Shown piece after piece: positions 60,529-64,000 of a stretch of 64,000 nt of DNA. Under the pieces are notes generated by a model that had not been told where the DNA came from, searched no databases, and was given only the letters and a program-made list of their open reading frames with translations. The stretch spans positions 15,123-79,122 of the forward strand of contig MWCU01000032.1 in NCBI GenBank assembly GCA_002070205.1, read 5' to 3'. Every line of letters begins with the position of its first letter. Position 1 is the stretch's first letter. The DNA comes from Firmicutes bacterium ADurb.Bin182. Its GTDB lineage: Bacteria; Bacillota; Clostridia; Christensenellales; CAG-138. The translations under genes and the position numbers were made by a program.

Positions 60529-60773
60529 TTCATATACTGTTAACATCTATTAATTTTGCGCAACCTTGCAAATGAGCCCGAAATGGTTTAATATGAAATA
60601 ACTATGAACAGCGGAAGTATTGATTAAGCCTTTACTGCCGCACCTTAGGTTTTCCGCCCGGCTTTTTGCGGCATCGCCTCAATTTCGGCGTTTCGGGCGG
60701 GCGGCCGGGAACCGGTTCCGTTCCTTAATCAATAATTCCAAGTATCACCGGCAAAGGCCTTAGGAGGATATTC

Positions 60774-61799
60774 GTGAGTCTCGCCCTGCAAGTCAAAAAA
60801 TTCATTAACTCGGAGCATACAGGCGCTTTTATTGAAATCGAGCTGCCGAAAGATATCGACATCCCCCGTGAAAGGGTCAAGAAAACGGTTGTCAAAGAAG
60901 ATGCGCGCCGGGAAGACATCGAGTCTGTTCCCGGTGATGCCGAACCCGCCGAGGGCGCTTTTCAAAGCGAGGGCCAAACCGAAGAGGCGCCTGCCATAAA
61001 GGGGGACGCTGAAACCGTCAGGTTCCATTATATGGAGGCTGGAAGCGGCGAGCCTCTGATTCTTGTGCATACTATAGGGCAGTCCCTTTATACATGGAGA
61101 AATGTATTTTTCCGGCTCAGCGAACATTACAGGGTAATCGCCGTAGATCTTTTGGGGCACGGCTATTCCGACAGACCGAGGAATTTTGATTATACCATTT
61201 CTGCGCATTCGGCTTCGCTTATCAATTTTATGGATGCGATGGGGATCGAAAGCGCGCACTTCATCGGTTTTTCTATGGGCTCTATGTATGTGCTGGATCT
61301 CGTAGAGAAGCATCCGGAAAGGGCCGGCAAGGTAATTCTGATTTCCCCCGGAGGATTGACTCCTCAAATGCCGCTTGCTGTGCGAATGCTGGACAGTTCT
61401 TTGTTCGGAGGCCTCGCCAGCGTGCTTTATTCATTGAGGACCGTTGAGAATATATTGGAGGAGTGCTTCTTTGACTTGACTTCAATAACGCCCGAAGTCG
61501 TTCAAGAATACTACGTGCCCGCGTCCGACGGCGAAGCAAGGCGCTCCATCAGGCGCTCCCTCAACCGTTTTTATCAGGATGACGTCATATCGAGGCTGAG
61601 AGAAGTTATGAACGGCGTTTTGATACTGTGGGCCGCGGATGATAAATGGCATCATATAGAAATCGGTGATTTCTTCCATGCGGCGCTCCCCAGTTCGCAG
61701 CTTGCCGTAATCAGAAACGCCGGGCATCTCGTCCATGAGGAAAAACCTGAAAAGCTGATCACGTCCGTTATGGAATTCATACCGGCGGTGGGGGAATGA
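60774..61799 (+). CDS. Alpha/beta-fold hydrolase
   Basis: LILVHTIGQS (oxyanion region), the nucleophile elbow GFSMGS, and a C-terminal GHLVHEEKPE. GTG start with an AGGAGG RBS. Confidence 0.75.
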   Translation: MSLALQVKKFINSEHTGAFIEIELPKDIDIPRERVKKTVVKEDARREDIESVPGDAEPAEGAFQSEGQTEEAPAIKGDAETVRFHYMEAGSGEPLILVHTIGQSLYTWRNVFFRLSEHYRVIAVDLLGHGYSDRPRNFDYTISAHSASLINFMDAMGIESAHFIGFSMGSMYVLDLVEKHPERAGKVILISPGGLTPQMPLAVRMLDSSLFGGLASVLYSLRTVENILEECFFDLTSITPEVVQEYYVPASDGEARRSIRRSLNRFYQDDVISRLREVMNGVLILWAADDKWHHIEIGDFFHAALPSSQLAVIRNAGHLVHEEKPEKLITSVMEFIPAVGE

Positions 61800-61807
61800 A
61801 AAGTTAA

Positions 61808-61907
61808 AGTGGTAAGTGGTTAGTGGCGAGTGAACAGTGAACGAAAAATCTGCCGTCGGCAGATTTTACATAAACTAACCACTAATCACTAACCACTAAA
61901 CACTAAT
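61808..61907. repeat. Heptamer-array / hairpin element, minimal copy D
   Basis: AGTGR at 61808, 61815, 61822, 61829 and 61836. Hairpin AAAATCTGCC-gtc-GGCAGATTTT at 61845-61867. NACT/CACT at 61873, 61880, 61887, 61894 and 61901. Confidence 0.8.
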
Positions 61908-61910
61908 AAC

Positions 61911-61939
61911 AAAAAAAGAGCCGTTTCCGGCTCTTTTTT
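61911..61939. terminator. Bidirectional intrinsic terminator
   Basis: A7, GAGCCG, tttc, CGGCTC, T6. It sits between convergent genes. Confidence 0.8.
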
Positions 61940-61946
61940 ATTCAGT

Positions 61947-64000
61947 CTACATTTCGCTGAGCTTTTTGTAATACTCGAATTTTTCTCTGGCCTCGTTCTC
62001 TGCCTTTTCAAACAGTTTATCGGCCTCCTGAGGGAATGCCTGCTTGAGCGAGGAATAGCGCACCTCTCCCATTATGAACTCCTTATAATCCTTTTTCGCG
62101 GGCTTGCTGTCCAAAATGAAGGGGTTTTGTCCGTTTTGGGCAAGCTCGGGATTGTAGCGGTACAGCGGCCAATAGCCGGATTCTACCGCGGCTTTTGCTT
62201 CCGCCTGGCTTCTCCCCATATTGATTCCGTGGTTTATGCAGGGCGCATAAGCGATAATCAGGGAGGGGCCCTTGTATTTTTCGGCCTCGGTAACAGCCTT
62301 GATGAGCTGGTTCGCGTTGGCGCCCATGGAAACCTTCGCGACATATACGTATCCGTAGCTCATCGCCATAAGGCCGAGGTCCTTTTTCTGAGTGCGTTTG
62401 CCGGCGGCCGCAAACTTCGCGACGGAGCCAGTCGGCGTCGCTTTGCTGGACTGACCGCCCGTATTTGAGTATACCTCGGTGTCGAGGACAAGCACGTTGA
62501 CGTCCTCGCCCATTGCCAATACGTGGTCGAGACCGCCGTAGCCTATATCGTATGCCCATCCGTCGCCGCCGAAAACCCATACGGATTTTTTGACCAGAAG
62601 GTCGGCCATATCATAAACCTGTCTGCAGAGAGCGTCGCAGTCGCAGCCGCAGTCTTTGCACTCCGTTACAAGTTTCAGCAGCTTGGCCGAAGCGGCTTTT
62701 GATCCTTCGGCGTCGTCTTTATTTAGAAGCCATTCGTCGCAAAGCGCTTTTTGTTCCGGCCATTCGTTAAGCTTCTGAGCGAGCTCCGCAACGACGCCCG
62801 CAAGCTTTTCGCGGCGCTGAGTGACGGCAAGGTTTATCCCGAACCCGAACTCCGCGTTATCCTCGAACAGGGAGTTCGCCCATGCGGGGCCGTGCCCTTT
62901 GGCGTTGGTCGTATAGGGGCAGGTGGGAGCGCTTCCCCCGTAGATCGAGGAGCAGCCGGTAGCGTTCGCTATTATCATTCTGTCCCCGAAGAGCTGGGTA
63001 ATAAGCTTTATATACGGGGTCTCGCCGCAGCCTGCGCATGCGCCCGAGTATTCGAACAGCGGCTGGAGGAACTGACTTCCCTTTACGGTCGCGCGATTGA
63101 TATTGAGCTCCGTTTCGGGCAGGGTGAGCGCAAAGTCCCAGTTTTGTTTTTCTTTTTCCAAATCCTCCTGCGCGGGCACCATGACCAGCGCTTTTTCCTT
63201 GGCGGGGCATACGTCGGCGCAGTTGCCGCAGCCCGTGCAGTCCAAAGGCGTTATCTGAATACGGAACTGAAGTCCGCCGAGCTCTTTGCCCTTCCCTTCG
63301 ACTGTGACAAACGTATCGGGAGCGTCTTTAAGCGCTTCTTTCGGCGCAGCTATCGGGCGGATGACGGCGTGAGGACAAACCAGCGAGCACTGGTTGCATT
63401 GGATGCAGTTTTCCGGTATCCATCTCGGCAGATCGACCGCGATGCCTCGCTTTTCGAATTTCGTGGTGCCCGTCGGTATGGAACCGTCGGGAGCAAAAGC
63501 GGAAACTGGCACCGAGTCGCCTTCCTGGGCAAGTATGGGCTTAATGAAGCCCTGATAATAAGAGTCGCTCGTTACGGAAACATAGTCCGCGCCTTCCGTG
63601 GCGTTTTCCCAGGATGCGGGGTAATTTATTTGTTCGACTGCGTTTACCCCCGCGTCGATAGCGTCGAAATTCATCTTAACTACCTTTTCGCCCTTGCGCC
63701 CGTATGACTTTTCGGCAGCTTTTTTCATGAAACCGATCGCGTCATCAACGGGGATCACATTCGCAAGCTTAAAGAAAGCGCTCTGCATGATTGTGTTGAT
63801 ACGCCCGCCCATACCGACTTCTTTTGCGAGCTTGATCGCGTCGATATTATAGAAGCGGAGCTTCTTCTTTGCGATAGCGCGCTTCATGGATGCGGGAAGC
63901 TCCTTTTCCATGTCCTGTAAAGACCAGGGAGAGTTTAAAAGGAATACCCCGCCTTCTTTGATTCCTTCGGCAACCGCGTAGCGGGTCACATACGAGGGGT
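61947..64000 (-). CDS. nifJ: Pyruvate:ferredoxin (flavodoxin) oxidoreductase, C-terminal part. Partial: the 5-prime end is beyond the window.
   Basis: Two 4Fe-4S ferredoxin motifs (CIQCNQCSLVCP, CTGCGNCADVCP), the TPP-binding region GGDGWAYDIGYGGLDHV, and GCGETPY. The frame is open to position 64000. Confidence 0.9.
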   Translation of the reverse strand, partial: PSYVTRYAVAEGIKEGGVFLLNSPWSLQDMEKELPASMKRAIAKKKLRFYNIDAIKLAKEVGMGGRINTIMQSAFFKLANVIPVDDAIGFMKKAAEKSYGRKGEKVVKMNFDAIDAGVNAVEQINYPASWENATEGADYVSVTSDSYYQGFIKPILAQEGDSVPVSAFAPDGSIPTGTTKFEKRGIAVDLPRWIPENCIQCNQCSLVCPHAVIRPIAAPKEALKDAPDTFVTVEGKGKELGGLQFRIQITPLDCTGCGNCADVCPAKEKALVMVPAQEDLEKEKQNWDFALTLPETELNINRATVKGSQFLQPLFEYSGACAGCGETPYIKLITQLFGDRMIIANATGCSSIYGGSAPTCPYTTNAKGHGPAWANSLFEDNAEFGFGINLAVTQRREKLAGVVAELAQKLNEWPEQKALCDEWLLNKDDAEGSKAASAKLLKLVTECKDCGCDCDALCRQVYDMADLLVKKSVWVFGGDGWAYDIGYGGLDHVLAMGEDVNVLVLDTEVYSNTGGQSSKATPTGSVAKFAAAGKRTQKKDLGLMAMSYGYVYVAKVSMGANANQLIKAVTEAEKYKGPSLIIAYAPCINHGINMGRSQAEAKAAVESGYWPLYRYNPELAQNGQNPFILDSKPAKKDYKEFIMGEVRYSSLKQAFPQEADKLFEKAENEAREKFEYYKKLSEM

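Noticed and set aside
60540-60773. GC-rich palindromes (CCGCCCG...CGGGCGG, GGAACCGGTTCC) in the leader of the alpha/beta hydrolase gene, considered as a possible riboswitch
   Set aside because: No known riboswitch core motif was recognised and no terminator or anti-terminator pair is evident. This is not enough to make a call.
62751-63707. 318-aa plus-strand ORF, together with the ORFs at 62083-62580 and 62857-63210
   Set aside because: These lie entirely antisense to, or out of frame within, the PFOR gene, whose ferredoxin and TPP motifs are unambiguous. Their Arg/Gly/Ala-rich translations are typical of shadow ORFs in GC-rich coding DNA.

Overview
This window looks like the chromosomal replication-origin region of a Firmicute, probably a Clostridia-class organism judging by gene content. 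That call rests on protein motifs read by eye, because no database search was possible. The conserved origin block is complete: spo0J-soj, typA, mnmE, jag, yidC, yidD, rnpA and rpmH on the minus strand, then dnaA, dnaN, recF, gyrB and gyrA on the plus strand. Gene orientation switches at about 49.4-51.1 kb. The dnaA-dnaN spacer carries DnaA-box-like 9-mers and an AT-rich unwinding stretch. Two perfect parS palindromes lie next to soj. The left 8 kb is accessory. It holds a 3-prime-truncated UvrD/helicase-IV-like gene with a zinc ribbon, two flavodoxin-like genes, and a visibly AT-rich island. The island carries a SauUSI-like Type IV restriction enzyme (PLD nuclease, SF2 helicase, DUF3427) followed by a membrane-anchored NERD nuclease with a topoisomerase-type zinc finger. 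The rest is mostly housekeeping or metabolism: galK, ltaE-like, gdhA, dapF, dnaD/dnaI-like loaders, cca and a partial PFOR. Three clusters there deserve attention: an SPT-like alpha-oxoamine synthase with an SDR, an orphan B12-domain protein, and a CotH / VTC / DUF4956 operon. The most unusual signals are non-coding. (1) A dispersed intergenic element family is built from five 7-nt repeats (NAG triplet plus 4-nt spacer, mostly AGTGRNN), a small A-stem-T hairpin, and five inverted repeats; it occurs at least four times, and one sequence-diverged duplicated variant carries the parS sites. (2) A tandem pair of multi-hairpin units at 44.6-45.06 kb has stems that differ in sequence but keep their pairing. 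A TPP riboswitch controls thiT. rpmH is absent from the ORF track because it is shorter than 60 aa, and it was added by hand. All family assignments and start codons are by-eye inferences.
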